A stretch of 64,000 nt of DNA from Octopus vulgaris (GCA_951406725.2 OX597832.1:20584001-20648000), one strand, 5' to 3'. Counted from the stretch's first letter, positions 13,697 through 27,961 are shown. Notes: generated by a model not told the origin, from the sequence alone. Translations and numbers: made by a program.

Positions 13697-13814
13697 AAAT
13701 ACAAAATGGGACAAGAACTCAAAACATCCAGACAACTAAGTGATACAAAAATGGACAACAAAGCATCCAGATAGACGATACAAAAACAAGGACGGGTCAT
13801 TCGAAACTTTCTAT

Positions 13815-13815
<1 letters not shown>
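13697..13815 (-). mobile_element. Family HE truncated copy
   Basis: aaatacaaaatgggacaagaac...gacgggtcattcgaa matches 1899-1970. Confidence 0.75.
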
Positions 13816-13850
<35 letters not shown>

Positions 13851-14004
13851 AGCACCGATTTCAGAAGAATCAGCGAGACTGTGAAAGGGATGTAAAAAGC
13901 TCCTTCCTCCAGAGCAAGCAGAGACATAAAAATGGACATTGGAAAGTTGTTCTGTTTATTGTCGCATTTGTATCAATTATAAAATGTAGTATATGAAGTG
14001 GATG

Positions 14005-14312
14005 TGGGGTCAAGAAGAGTGCTGAGCAACCACTTGGTGTCGGGTTCAGTCCCACTCTGGGGTATTTTGACACCATGTATTCTGCTATAGCCTCTTGAGA
14101 GTAATATATGGAGGGAAACTGTGTGGAATCCCTTAGTGTCCGTGTGTGCGTGCCTATGTTTGTGTATCACGACCACCTGGCAATTTAAGCGGGTTGGCAA
14201 AAGAATCTGACAGAATAAGTAGAAGCTTTGAAAAATAAGCTCTGATCTCGATTTGTTAAATTAAATATTTCTAGGTAGTACTCCAGTCTGGCCGTACTTT
14301 TGTGACTGAAGT
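14005..14312 (+). mobile_element. Old SINE family A copy
   Basis: cgggttcagtcccact...ggcaaaagaatctgacagaataagta...tactccagtctggccg...tgactgaa; diverged. Confidence 0.7.
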
Positions 14313-15306
14313 AGCTTGCGGAAAAAAGAGGAAACAGAAAAGGATAAGTGAAAGGAAACGAAGAAGTACGTAAATGACGTGAAAGTATTGTAAGAATGGA
14401 TGAACGACTGATTGTGTTAACGAGAAGCAGAACTGATATTAATGGCGATATACGAAATGAAATGAAATTAAATAAAATGCAACAATTGAAGAAGATATAA
14501 TGGCAGAAAAAGAAAGCAGCAAGGAAGAAAATATTGGAATGAATGAAATGAATGAAAGAAAAATGAATGAATACAAACAAAGGATAAAATGCACGATGGA
14601 AAAACAGACAGAATAAATTGCGAAAAACGTAGAGAAAATTAGAAAGAAAACTTTAGTGAAAAGAAGAAAGGCAAACAGAAAAAAGAAAGAGAGAAAGACA
14701 GAAAGAAGGAAAGACATGAAGAAAGAAAGAAAGAGAGAAAGAAATGAAGAAAGAGAGACAGATAGATAAATTTACTGAAGCAAATAGAGAAAGTAACAAT
14801 AAATAAGATTGAAACGTAAAAGACACAAGATGGTAAAAGAAAAGAGAGAAAAGAATGGATGGAAGGAAGACATCGTCAAATAGGCAAATTAAAGCTGGGA
14901 GGAAAAAATGCTGGAAGAAATAAAACGTCAAAAAGGAAATCAAAAACTGAAGAAATTTAAAGAATAAACACACAGATGTGGGTGTATTCAAGCTAAACTG
15001 GCCATTAATAACAAGATGTAACAAGTTTATTTGCAGGAGACTGATGAATAAAGACTCGAAATGTATGAGATTTGTATTGCATTGCACTGCGTAGCACTCT
15101 ACTGCACTATGTATCACCGTTCGACGCACTTCCGGTGTCCTTTCGATAATACTCGCTGTTATACGCTTTGCTAGATATTGACGTTCAAAAGTTCAAATAT
15201 AGAAACATGTTGGATGGACGCCATTTCAAAGGTAAAAAGTTCGCCAGACATTGCTCTTACATATTTCGGTAGATTTTTTTATTTCGTTTTTATTACTGTT
15301 TATATA

Positions 15307-15361
<55 letters not shown>

Positions 15362-15526
15362 CATTATTTAATAGTATTATTAGTATCATCATCATCATCA
15401 TCATCATTATTATTATTATTATGATCATTGTTATTATTATTATTTTTATTATTATTATCAACGACATCATCATCATCATTATCGTTGTTATTATTATTAT
15501 CATTATTATTATTACTATTATTATTA

Positions 15527-15579
<53 letters not shown>

Positions 15580-15708
15580 GAGTGAGAGAGCAGTGCATGC
15601 CATCAAAGTGACACTGGAGTAAAATAGACGAAGCTCAGTATACCCATCATGACAACCCGTCTGATAAGGGTACACTAGGCACATGCATCACAACCATATG
15701 TGCGCGAT
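15580..15708 (-). mobile_element. Probable 3'-terminal fragment of a retroelement with an (AAT)n tail
   Basis: Complex 130-bp sequence directly abutting the (ATT)n tract; no second copy in the window. Confidence 0.35.
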
Positions 15709-15748
15709 ATTATTATAAGGAGTAGTAGCAGTAGCAGCAGCAACAGTG

Positions 15749-15803
<55 letters not shown>

Positions 15804-15825
15804 AAGTAGTTTTTGTTGTAGTAAG

Positions 15826-17010
15826 GTGTCGAGCTGGCAGAAACTTTAGCACGCCGGGCGAAATGCGTAATCGTATTTTGTCTGCCGTTACGTTCTGAGT
15901 TCAAATTCCGCCGCTGTCGTCTTTACCATTCATCCTTTCGGGGGTCGATTAAATCAGTACCAGTTACGCACTGGGATCGATATAATTGACCTAATCTGTT
16001 TGTCTCTCTTTGTTTGTCCTCTCTGTGTTTAGCCCTTTGTGGGTAGTAAAGAAATAGGTATATTTCGTTTGTCGCTATGTTCTGAGTTCAAATTCCTCCG
16101 GGGTCGACTGTGCATATCATCGTTTCGAGATCGCTAAATTTAGAACCAGCGGAGTACAGGGGTCAATGTAATCGACTCTCCTCAAGGCACAAGACCCGAA
16201 ATTTCGGAGGAGTAGGCCATTCGATTAGATCGACACTAGTATGCAACTGGTACTTAATTCATCGACCTCGTAAGGATGAAAATCAAATTCGACCTCGACG
16301 GAATTTGAACTCAGAACGTAAAGAGAGACGAAATACCTATTACTTTATTGCCCACAAGGGGCTAAACATAGAGGAGACAAACAAGGACAGACAAACGGAT
16401 TAAGTCGATTACATTGACCCCAGTGCGTAACTGGTACTTTATTTATCGACCCCGAAAGGTTGAAAGGCAAAGTCTACCTCGGCGAAATTTGAACTCAGAA
16501 CGTAACGGCAGACGAAATACAGCTACGTATTTCGCCCGGCATGCTAACGTTTTTGCCAGCTCGCCACCTTTGATACACGGATATATTCTTTTCTACTCTA
16601 GGCACAAAGCACGAACTTTTGGGGGAAGGGAGAGTCGATTAGATCGACACCAGGACGCAATTGATACTTAATTCATCGATCCCGAAATGATGAAAGGCAA
16701 ATTCGAACTCGGCGGAATTTGAACTCAGAATGTAAAGCAAGACGAAATACAGCTATGCATTTCGCCCGGCGTGCTAACGTTCCTTATTGCTTTATTGCCC
16801 ATAAGGGGCTAAATATAGAGGGGACAAACAAGGACACACCAAGGGATAAAGTCGATTACATCGACCCCAGAGCGTAACTGGTACTTTATTTATCGACCCC
16901 TAAAGGATGAATGGCAAAGTCGACCTCGGCGTAATTTGAACGTAACGGCAGACCAAATACCGCTAAGCATTGCGCCCGGCGTACTAACGTTAGTGCTAGC
17001 TCGCCGCCTT
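15826..17010. mobile_element. Cluster of about six SINE family B units (plus-strand dimer, then minus-strand multimer)
   Basis: Plus-strand units at 15826-16170; minus-strand units at about 16185-16330, 16335-16568, 16590-16780 and 16785-17008, with repeated ggaatttgaactcagaacgtaa. Confidence 0.9.
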
Positions 17011-17420
17011 GTGTCTTTGTATGTTCATGTATATGTCGTTGTGTATCCGAATACCCCGAATAACGATATGTATTTCCAGTTTTATTTTTCATATTGCTTT
17101 GTTGTCAAAAGTTGTTAAATAAAGTTGTTTATGCAGTGAACTTCTTAATTATGTTTTTTTTTAATACAGGCACACAGTCTCAAATTTGTAAAAGGGGAGG
17201 GAAAAAAGTCGATGGTATCGAACCAGTACTTGATTGGTACTTTTTGTTTATCGATTCCAGAAAGATAAAAGGCAAAGCTGAACTCGGTAGGTTTTGAACT
17301 CTAAGAGAGTAAAAGAACTAGAACTTTTACAGCAGGGCGAGGTCTTTTAATTATGGAAAGAAGTATACAATAGGCTGCTTACAATGCCCTTATATGTACA
17401 GATATCCTTTTAACGCACAT

Positions 17421-17466
<46 letters not shown>

Positions 17467-17509
17467 GCACGTTGGTATCTGTGTGCATAGGTGTGTGTAC
17501 ATATATGTA

Positions 17510-17552
<43 letters not shown>

Positions 17553-18558
17553 ATATATATGTGTATATATGTATATATGTATATATGTATGTAGGTATAT
17601 GTGTATATAATATATATGTACATTCTTTTATTTTTTCTTTTACTCGTTTCACCCATGCAGCTGCGGTCATGCTGGAGCACCACATATATAATTTTAACAA
17701 AATTATTAGTAATTTAATAAAAAAAAACTTTACATACTTTACGTAGAAAGTCTCTTTGAAGGAAATTATAAATAATTCAATCATAATATATATATAAAGA
17801 CATTATATAAAAACAAAATATCCATTGAACAGAATTATTGTACGTAATTCAATCAATAATATATAGATAGTTTCTTTAGTTTATGCATCAACTAAAGCAT
17901 AAATTTGAAACAAAACCTAATAACTGTGGTAGTACTAATTGTGTTAGATGTTTTAGTGTTCGTGTTGATAACCAAAAACAAAAAGGGAACACCAAGGAGT
18001 AACTGTGTGTCCTCCTTATTTTCCTGAAGTTCTTTACTGAAAAGAAAACAACATCGATAAAAAATTCATCCATGGTCTTACAGATATTTTAAGTTTCATG
18101 GTTTGTTATAAATATTGTGTTGTTGACAGTCTCTGAAAAGCGATTGTTGTTCTACTAAGGATTTTAATTTTCACAACTGAATACGTGATGTTGCGAGTTG
18201 TATCGTCATAACAACGCTTTTCTGTCTTGTTTCTTTCGTGTGTTTCCATAAGGTTTTCATAAGGTTCGTACTTAATACAATCTGAAATTGATCTCCAGCA
18301 AGCGGATCTGTGGTTGTGTGGTCAGGAAAATCTCGCCTTGCAACCAGGTGCATTTGTGCTCAGTCCCAGTGTTAGGTACCTCGGATGTAGAGAGGAGAAC
18401 GTCTGCTCTAACCCGAGGAGCGTCAATATCCTGTGTATGAAAATGATTGGCGGAAACTGTGTGGAAGCGTGCCGTGTGTGTATATATATTCATGTATGGG
18501 TGCCAGTTTGTTTACATATATGTATATACACATATACATACATATGCTTATACATATA

Positions 18559-18602
<44 letters not shown>

Positions 18603-18834
18603 CTCGATCGAGTAACACATTTTACAAGACTATGCTTTGGAATGACCAATTATAAATACTATTAGAACTTGCACACAAGTTACAGGAAGCATATATATGT
18701 ATACCATTCTGCTTAAATAATGGGACTGCAGATATAATATCCCTACGTAACTCACGTCTGTTTACATTCCTCCACTTCACTCTGTATTTCATATCTTCTC
18801 TATAATAACTATTTCTTAACCATTTTCTCGCACC

Positions 18835-18882
18835 GTCTCTGATGAACGGATATACAAAATATCCCGGAAACAGCTGTAAGAC
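18835..18882 (+). ncRNA. Type-I hammerhead ribozyme with canonical core (family HB)
   Basis: GTCT CTGATGA ac GGATAT-acaaa-ATATCC cg GAAAC AGCT GTA AGAC: stem I 4 bp, stem II 6 bp, palindromic ACAGCUGU stem III; the element runs into (TA)n at about 18950. Confidence 0.8.
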
Positions 18883-18946
18883 CGCTTTATAAATGTTTTA
18901 AAACCTTTCACAGCCTTGAGTTTTTTAAACTTTCATTCTGTTAATT

Positions 18947-18988
<42 letters not shown>

Positions 18989-19722
18989 TACATACAAATA
19001 TATATATATACACATACATATATATAAATATATATATATATTTTTATATATATGCATACACATATACGTGTGCGTGTGTATGTGCGTGTGTGTATATATA
19101 TATATATGCATATACATATAAATACACCCATACATATATATATTTATACAAATACACATATGTATATACATATTTTATACATGCATACACATTCACAAAT
19201 ACACACATACACACTTACACACACATACACACGTAACACGCACACACAGAAAAAAGTGTGGCCACGAATCCCACTGCATGTGTGAGGCAACATGATCTGC
19301 AATCATTCAAATGCGCGTGTGGATCTGTTTGACAATCCTGCACACGATTAATTATAGGTTAAACTATTCAAACGGTAATCTTACAAAGATTGGCTCCACA
19401 TTACTCTACTTTTTGTAAAGAAAAATGATTTTCATTGCTTTTCTTTTTCTTCGCTTTTTCTTTGTTCTTTAAAATATCAAATTTCATTTAAGAATATAAT
19501 ATGTGTATGTTTGTTTAGTTTATAAATGTGGTAAATATATATATTTGTACATATGCGTTCAATGTTTAGTAAGCGATATACAATGTACAAACACACACAT
19601 ACGAATACACACTCACACTATTATATACGAGCAAGCAATCGCACGGATTTTAAATACATATTTACATACGAACGCATGTATTTATATGCCTATGTATTAT
19701 ACGTACACATTATGCTTTAGTA

Positions 19723-19800
<78 letters not shown>

Positions 19801-19804
<4 letters not shown>

Positions 19805-20073
19805 TATTTATTTATAAGCTTAAAGGTTATGGCGATCACCGTGCAATGGAAAAGGAAAATAGACTAATAAAGGGGCATATAAGCCCTCGATAGAAAAAAA
19901 TGATTTCCTAACCGTGTAAAGGTAACCCAGTGGCGTTAACAAAGGGATGTGAGTTCGTTTCACACGCGTATAGAAAAGCCTTCTTTTTTTTCTGTTGAGG
20001 GCTTTAATAGACTATTTTCCTTAGCCATTGCACGGTGATCGCCATAAGCTTTAAGTTTATATAAAAATGGCAT
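19801..20073. mobile_element. MITE-like fold-back element with about 90-bp imperfect terminal inverted repeats
   Basis: Left arm tataagcttaaaggttatggcgatcaccgtgcaatgg..aaggaaaatag..gccctcgatagaaaaaaa versus right arm ttttttttctgttgagggc..ctattttcctt..ccattgcacggtgatcgccataagctttaagtttata. Confidence 0.8.
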
Positions 20074-20148
20074 TGTTATTATTTCCAGGATTGTAAAACA
20101 CGGCATCGTATAAAAATCCAATTGCATCGAAAGCATATAAATAAATAA

Positions 20149-20188
<40 letters not shown>

Positions 20189-20306
20189 ATATATATATGT
20201 GTGTGTGTATATACATATACACATTCACTCAAATACACACATAAATTTATATGTACGTATACATACACATAAGTACGTATATGCATATATACATAACTAT
20301 ATATAC

Positions 20307-20348
<42 letters not shown>

Positions 20349-20955
20349 ATATATATATATATGTGAGTGTATCATATGATGTAAGCACTATCCATTGGTA
20401 ATATAAGTAGATCGTCCATTGGACATGTCGTTCATTTGATACAAAAACATCAAAATTTGAAACAATATATAAAGGAAGATATAACGGCAATTGTGCCCTT
20501 CTAGCTCCAGCATAAGTATTTGTAATTTGAAGCAAGCGATTCATCAAGACAACAATATATTTTGACTGAAAATACCGTTACTTATCTGTAATGCAAAGGA
20601 GATATTTTGCCGACGAATAAGAGAGCAGACTCGATCACTCGGACATTTTACACGCCTGTAATCACACAATCATACAAGCACACACACAGAGAAACCCTTT
20701 CTCCACCCACTACACAGACGCACAGACATATATAGACATACACACACACACCCATATATATATGTATACACACACACACGCATATATAGATATTTGGAAA
20801 GATTTTTTTCTCAAAAAGTTATGATTTGAAAAAGAACCTTTTTAGAAAGTCGAAAGGCACTAATCTTTGGGAAGGGATTCTCAATCTTAACTCTTTGAGA
20901 AAAAAAATCTTCTCTACAAATATTATAACTATATCAAGGAATTTCCAAAGCACTC

Positions 20956-21034
<79 letters not shown>

Positions 21035-21049
21035 ATTATTATTACATGT

Positions 21050-21320
21050 AGAAAAATACAAACTGGGACAAGAACGCAAAACACTTAGAAGACGATACAA
21101 AAAACACGGACGGGACATTCGAAGCCCTCAATCTTCAGTCAAGAACCGGATCATCCTCTCAATTTCAGCTGATTAATCTTGAGATCGCTCCGATCCGGCC
21201 AGACCCAAGGAAAAACTAAGCTACGAGCATTAGATTTCTTGGAAGAAGGATCGAATGTATACGAAATAGGGACAGAAAAACGGATGATGCCACACGAATA
21301 TAAAATACAAAAAACAAAAT
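21050..21320 (-). mobile_element. Family HE longest copy
   Basis: Aligns over about 190 bp with 1899-2088; TA-rich flanks. Confidence 0.8.
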
Positions 21321-21420
21321 ATATATATATATATATAATAAATATTAGGGAATAAATCCAAATTTACAGGGAAAAAAATCAGATTTAGGATTAAATCCAA
21401 TTTTATAGTAAAATATTATA

Positions 21421-21577
21421 AAATATTATTAGAGACAAAACCACTATTTTGCAAAACAAACAAGGAAAGACTTAATCAATACATAAAATTTTAATAAATA
21501 GTCAATTATTAAAATTTTATGTATTGATTAAGTCTTTCCTTGTTTGTTTTGCAAAATAGTGGTTTTGTCTCTAATAA

Positions 21578-21582
<5 letters not shown>
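21421..21582. repeat. Perfect inverted repeat, 77-bp arms with an 8-nt spacer, in a (TA)n-embedded element (21341-21582)
   Basis: 21421-21497 is the reverse complement of 21506-21582; spacer atagtcaa. Confidence 0.9.
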
Positions 21583-21644
<62 letters not shown>

Positions 21645-21887
21645 CGTGAGGTACGGGTTTCAATTACCTAGCCGCTGCGCGCTAGTATTTATTATTTATG
21701 TATATATAAGCAAACATTCTAAAAGTTGACTCACTGACATATTTTTAGAAAGAAGGAAAATCTCGAACTGTTTGAAAACACCTTTAGAAATTCCGGTTAA
21801 TATAACCCTATAGACGGAAAAATATTGCCTACAGCGGCTACACAGAATCAATATGTGTATCTTTCAAGGCCTGGCACTGGCATACAT

Positions 21888-21959
<72 letters not shown>

Positions 21960-22205
21960 GTGTGTGTGTGTATTAGTGTGTGCGTCAATTGCAAATAATA
22001 TAAAAATGTACATAATTCCGCATCTCTTAAATATAGAACTGGGCATTTTTGAGTCAGAAAAAGAGAACATTTTTTGTTGTTGTTGTTTTATTCATGTTCA
22101 CTATTTTATAAAAAATGTACCAGCTAAGAAAATGACCTTCACTAAATGCATTGCATTAAAAACTGCAGAGAGTCAAGGAAGCAATAATTTGCGGATTAGC
22201 ACAAT

Positions 22206-22654
22206 TGTGTTTTGGCAACCGTAGCCAATCAGAGCTGGTCGTGTATCTATAAAAGCAGCAGTCCTCAGCTCAGCAGGTGCACGCCTTTTGGCAGTCAGTC
22301 AGTAGTAGACCTCGACGCCACAACCGTTAGCAAACAGATCTCCATGACAGTCAGTGACCAAATCCAACGACCGTCTGCGAACAGATCCTGCGACCGTCAG
22401 CGAACACAGCGGCACAACCGTCAGCGTACAGATCTTCGTACCACCTGTTATTACTTGTTTTATTACCCGTTATTACCTGTTTTTCTTACAACCTGAGCAC
22501 CGTATAATTCTAAACTACTTATACAACTGTAAATTTCCATAACATTCCTCTGACTCCTAAATATATATGCTTGCTTCTCTTAATACTTGTCAGCAATCCA
22601 AATAAAATTCCTATGTTCTTTTAACAAACATGCCTTCTGACATTTATTTCCACA
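22206..22654 (+). mobile_element. Probable solo LTR
   Basis: TG...CA ends, CCAAT (22225), TATAAAAG (22248), four internal about 21-nt repeats (c.accgtcagcgaacagatc) and AATAAA (22601). No TSD identified. Confidence 0.5.
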
Positions 22655-23721
22655 CACACTCCATTGTGACATTGTTACATTCGAACACGTTACAACCAAC
22701 ATCGTTACAACCTTATAACATATTCAGCAAACTATTTCAGAAAATTATCTCTAGTCTCTTTGAGCGTATAATTTATTTCTTTTCTCCTTGGGCGCATAAA
22801 TTCAAGTTTAGGTGGGTCAAAATGAGTATCACAGAATAAGGTAAATTTACCTCTTCAAATTCTCCAGAATTGCATTTGAAAAAAACACTCTTGTACCTTA
22901 ATATTTATGCTTTAGTCATTAGAAAGATCAGAAATGCGAAAAAAAAGAAAGAAAAAATTAATATCTAGGTCGAATGAAAGCGAAACATGGAAAAATGGCA
23001 CATGATATTAAATAAGGAAACTCCACCAAATTGAAAAATAAAACAACTTAAAACGAAATAGTGTTTTTAGCTTCTTCATGGTCTGCTGGAGTGACTCCTT
23101 TTATGATATGATGACATATGTGGGGTTAAGGAGATAGAATTATTTAAGCTGGTCATTACTCGTTTTACCATAGTTGACACATCACTTTTGAAAATTGAAA
23201 AGTATCAAATTAGGCAAAAATTAACTTGAAATCTAACAGAAAACAAAGAATTTTGATTGTTAATTACCAAATATTATTCAGATGTTTAATTGGCAATCTC
23301 AAATACTATTCGAGCAAATATGAAAAAATATTTCTTGAAAAACATGATTGGTTTCAAACTCTTCCAACTTAAAATACTGCGAATATACTAACCGGTTTCT
23401 ACTCCCGTAGATGACGCAACAATACAAAGTTATGATACAACACAAGCGATGCAAAGTTTTCAAGCAAGAATGCAGAAAACAACGTAAATTCAGAAATTAC
23501 ACATTTTGATCCCACTTACCTATCTTGAACTATATAAGTTCCTACTATTTCAGTTTCTTGGAAAATTTGAGGACATTGTGTACCGATATATAAATAATGG
23601 AACAATTCCTTTCCATTTCTTTTTCTTCTGACTAATATTATTTCCATTGCATGGATCTGTCTATGTATCAATCAACCAATCTATGTATGTATGTATGTAT
23701 GTATGTATGTATGTATGTATG

Positions 23722-23771
<50 letters not shown>

Positions 23772-24213
23772 CCTATCTATCTATCTTGCAATATGTCGGT
23801 CAGGATTTTGGAGCATGAAAATTATGCTGTCCAGACACTTGAACAACGAGGCTCAATGAAACAGCGTGTGAGTGCCTGAAGATTCCCTTTCAATGAAAGG
23901 AGGCCGAATCAATGTTTAAATGCTAGTTACCAGCGATCCGATGTGTTTCCACGCAGTTTCCTTTGTCAAAATTTACTCAGCAGCCCTTAGTGACTATTAA
24001 AAATTATATTTGCCTATGATGCTATCCAGTGGGAAAGAAATTGGAATCTCATGATACAGACGTGAATTTTTAATGAAGTCATTGTAACGCATCTACCGAA
24101 GTCCAAACGCATATATCATATAATCATAAATACAAACACACATACACAAACACTCCCTCTCTCTCTCTCTCTTTCTTTCTCTCTCTGACACACACATACA
24201 TACATTTATTTAT

Positions 24214-24269
<56 letters not shown>

Positions 24270-24745
24270 CAAGGGTGGATTAATTTTGGGTATTAATTTT
24301 TTCACCGATATACGCTCTTTCAATTTCTAGCAGGAGATATCTTGCATGTTTCTCCTACATACTCAATTTTGTAACTCCTATTAGTAAATTGAAAACGTGT
24401 AATGGTGTATAAATAATACCTAAAACTTTATTAAAATCTCCTGTTTCAATACGTAATTACACTGCGAAAAATATTTTCTAGTATTCTCATGCATTCTTAA
24501 CACAAATATAGCATCGACAAACAACTTCAGACTATTGGATTAAGCAAATGAGTTTCTCTAAAAGGCACAGCTTGGATCATAAGTATGACCCAAATATTTT
24601 AGCAATTTTACCATGTTGCGCCGACATCCATATATGCATACACGCAAACAAATGCACGTGCAGACACACACACACAAACACACATGTGGGGACGCATATC
24701 TACATACAATTATCTACAATCACAGATATATACACACACTGTCTC

Positions 24746-24880
<135 letters not shown>

Positions 24881-24881
24881 T

Positions 24882-24999
24882 ATATAGAAGGAGCTTCTAC
24901 AGGACTAGAACTGTTTCATTCAAGAGAAATCTTCAGGAAGCTTCCTGAAGATTTCTCTTGAATGAAACAGTTCTAGTCCTGTAGAAGCTCCTTCTATAT
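24882..24999. repeat. Perfect 118-bp palindrome (fold-back) of element HD
   Basis: Centred between 24940 and 24941 (GGAAG|CTTCC) with no spacer; the element continues to 25074 and is flanked by (TA)n. Confidence 0.95.
24939..24989 (+). ncRNA. Type-I hammerhead-like ribozyme (mirror copy on minus strand at 24892-24942)
   Basis: AGCTTC CTGAAGA t TTC-tctt-GAA t GAAAC AG-ttctagtc-CT GTA GAAGCT: stem I 6 bp, stem III ACAG/CUGU, non-canonical U/U at the base of stem II. Confidence 0.7.
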
Positions 25000-25072
25000 G
25001 ATAAATTAATTTTACTCTGCTATGTATTGAGTACCTTATTTACTGTGGTTAACCCCGAATCAACCCGGGACC

Positions 25073-25147
<75 letters not shown>

Positions 25148-25654
25148 CTGTATATATATGTATATATATGTATATAAATATATATAATTATTTAATAGAG
25201 ATGACGCAAAGTATATTAAATTGCGGGCTGTGCTTTTTATTAGTGTATCGTTTATATAGCTCTTACTGTGCCTACATGAATACCCTGGACCCAGTATTGT
25301 GATGTTCTATTAAATATTTGATCAGTCACAATAGGGTTTCTGGACATGTTATGGTTTTATGAGCAGAACATTTTTATTTTGACCGAAATCCTAGAAAGTA
25401 CAGCCAAACGATAGGTTCTTTTCTTTTGTTCATTTTGAATAGTAAATTACATTGATGCATGTAACAAGTATATACGTTCATCTATACATACGTATATCCC
25501 TGTATGCATGTGTGTGTGTGTGTGCGTATATGTGTGCGTATGTGTGTGTGTGTGTTCTCGAATGAAAGAATGAACAGGCAGGACGTGATATCTATAATAT
25601 GGAATTCAAACAGTTGTTAGAATAAACGATATGCTATAAATAAGAGAGAAGGAA

Positions 25655-25752
25655 GACTTTTACACCTGTTTCCGGGATAGCTGTGTCGGTGGCACTTATC
25701 TCTGCGAACAAAAATTGACATATAAAAGCTAACTATACTTTCATCAGAGTAG
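25655..25752 (-). ncRNA. Decayed HB-like hammerhead motif with an expanded loop II
   Basis: Minus strand act CTGATGA aagt atagtt ...long loop... agctat cccg GAAAC aggt GTA aaagt; stem I is poor. Confidence 0.35.
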
Positions 25753-27376
25753 ATGCATTAAGGAATATCCATAATAAAGCATATAAGAAGTTACTAATTC
25801 TATCTTACGATACCACTGATATGCATGTATATATATATATATTAATATACACGTTCATACATTTCTACATCTCCGATTTCTCAATTTTACTCTACGCATA
25901 TGCCTTTCTTAATTTTTTCGTTATCCCCCTCTCTCTCTCTCACTCTTTTCTTTCTCTTTTTTATTTTCCATGTCACCCTCTACTTCGTTCGCGGTCGAAA
26001 ATAGCCTGGTAACTAAAAATTGTTTATTTTTTCTTTCAAAAATGTTATCAATATTATTTCACTCTTTTATGATATTTTAGATCAAATTCACGAACACGTG
26101 TTGTCCAAAGGCTTCTCCAACTTCTTTTTAGAAGGCCGGCGTGATAGACTTTATTTACAGGACATCACTATTTCACGGTAGAGCCATAGTGATATCCTGG
26201 CGTTGAATTTTTATTATGCCATACTACAGACGATATATTGGCATCCCCGTTCAGCTAAAACAGCACAAGGTGCGAATCGAGCAGTCTCTCCGTTTATGTG
26301 GGTATCATCTGATATTTTATCTACTAAATTTGTGAAATTTCTTTTATCACACATAACTAGTCTGGAATACTTTTGATACTATAGGTGTGTATATGTGTTT
26401 ATATATATATATACATGTATGTAAGCATGTAAGTATGTATGTATATATATATGTATGTGTGTGTATGTAAGTATGTATGTATGTATGTATGTATGTAAGT
26501 ATAAACGAATCCCAGCAACTGTTTTTTGTGTGCCCTCTGTTGACAGATCACTCCTTTCTCTTGCTGGGCTCAAATCTCATTTGTGGACCCATCAAAAACG
26601 AACTTTCACCAACTACTATTCCTATCTCTCAGTGCATACCTGTCAGTACCATGTTTGCAAATCTAATGGAGGCCTTAAAGAACACTTTAAGATCCACAAA
26701 GATTGACAACTTAACTGCAACTCTTAGTGGTCCAAAACACATATGTAATTTATACGGGTGCCTTTCTAAAACATCCTATCATCTTTTGGTTTTCTCTTTT
26801 CTGTCTCTTCCTTCCTTTTCTCCTGACTTTGTCTCATTTTCTTGCCTCCGCCTTCACTTCCTACTCAATCGTATGACAGGATTTCTCTATATATGGGCAT
26901 AAACCTCACCATTAGATATATCTTCAGTCATAATACGGTTGATGATCCTGTAAATGGTCAGGCAAAAACTCCATGTAGGAAAAGACTAACTCTACAAACA
27001 TTAAACATACAGAGACACACACACATACACATAAACGAATATGCGTGTATGTGTGCGTTTGAGGGCGGTGTATGAAATATCGAGGGAATATTGGTTTCAC
27101 AAATTGGTGTTCGCATTTTGTGGGTAGATATATGTACACGAACTCGATGAAAGCACAATGGCATAGAGTCATTGAGAACTTTACATATATGTTCAATAAA
27201 TTTATGTAAGTAAACATCATATGGTTGTTTGTATTTATGTACATGCAGATAAGTATATATACACATGTGAATATATATATATGTATATATATGTATATAT
27301 ATATGTGTGTATATATATAAGCATATCTATATGTCCATGTGTTTATATATGTATGTACATACATATATATATGTAC

Positions 27377-27422
<46 letters not shown>

Positions 27423-27961
27423 ATACATATATATGTATATATATATATGTATTTGTATATATGTTTGTGCATATATAGATATATATAGATACATACATAC
27501 ATACATACACACATACATACTTATATCCATCTTCCTCTGAATTCAAACGTGTTCCATGTTTCCCATCGGAAGTGTTCCCAATTGAAATAATGTCTCTCTA
27601 TTGAAATTAAGAACCAGGGATATTTCCGATGGGAAAAGAATCGTACGTTTTATTGGCTGCTGTGGTTGTTTGTAATATTGTTGCTTCTGTAACAACAACA
27701 ACAACAACAACAACAGCAGCAAATCTAATAGTAGTAGTTGCTGTTGTTTTTTGTTGTTGTTGTTGATGGGGTGTGTGGAGAGTGTGCGCATTTAATTATA
27801 ATATAATGGAATGAAACACTTTTTACATTTTTGTTGCGTTATATTTGATGGGTTTTTTTTAATGTTCTTTTTGTATGTCTATTTTAATGTTCGATTTTAT
27901 ACAGCATCCAGCAATTGATAGAGGAACAGAATCCGATTAGGCACATAATAATAATAATAAC

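Noticed and set aside
15038-15070. CTGATGA ataaagactc GAAA hammerhead-like string
   Set aside because: No convincing stem II or stem I.
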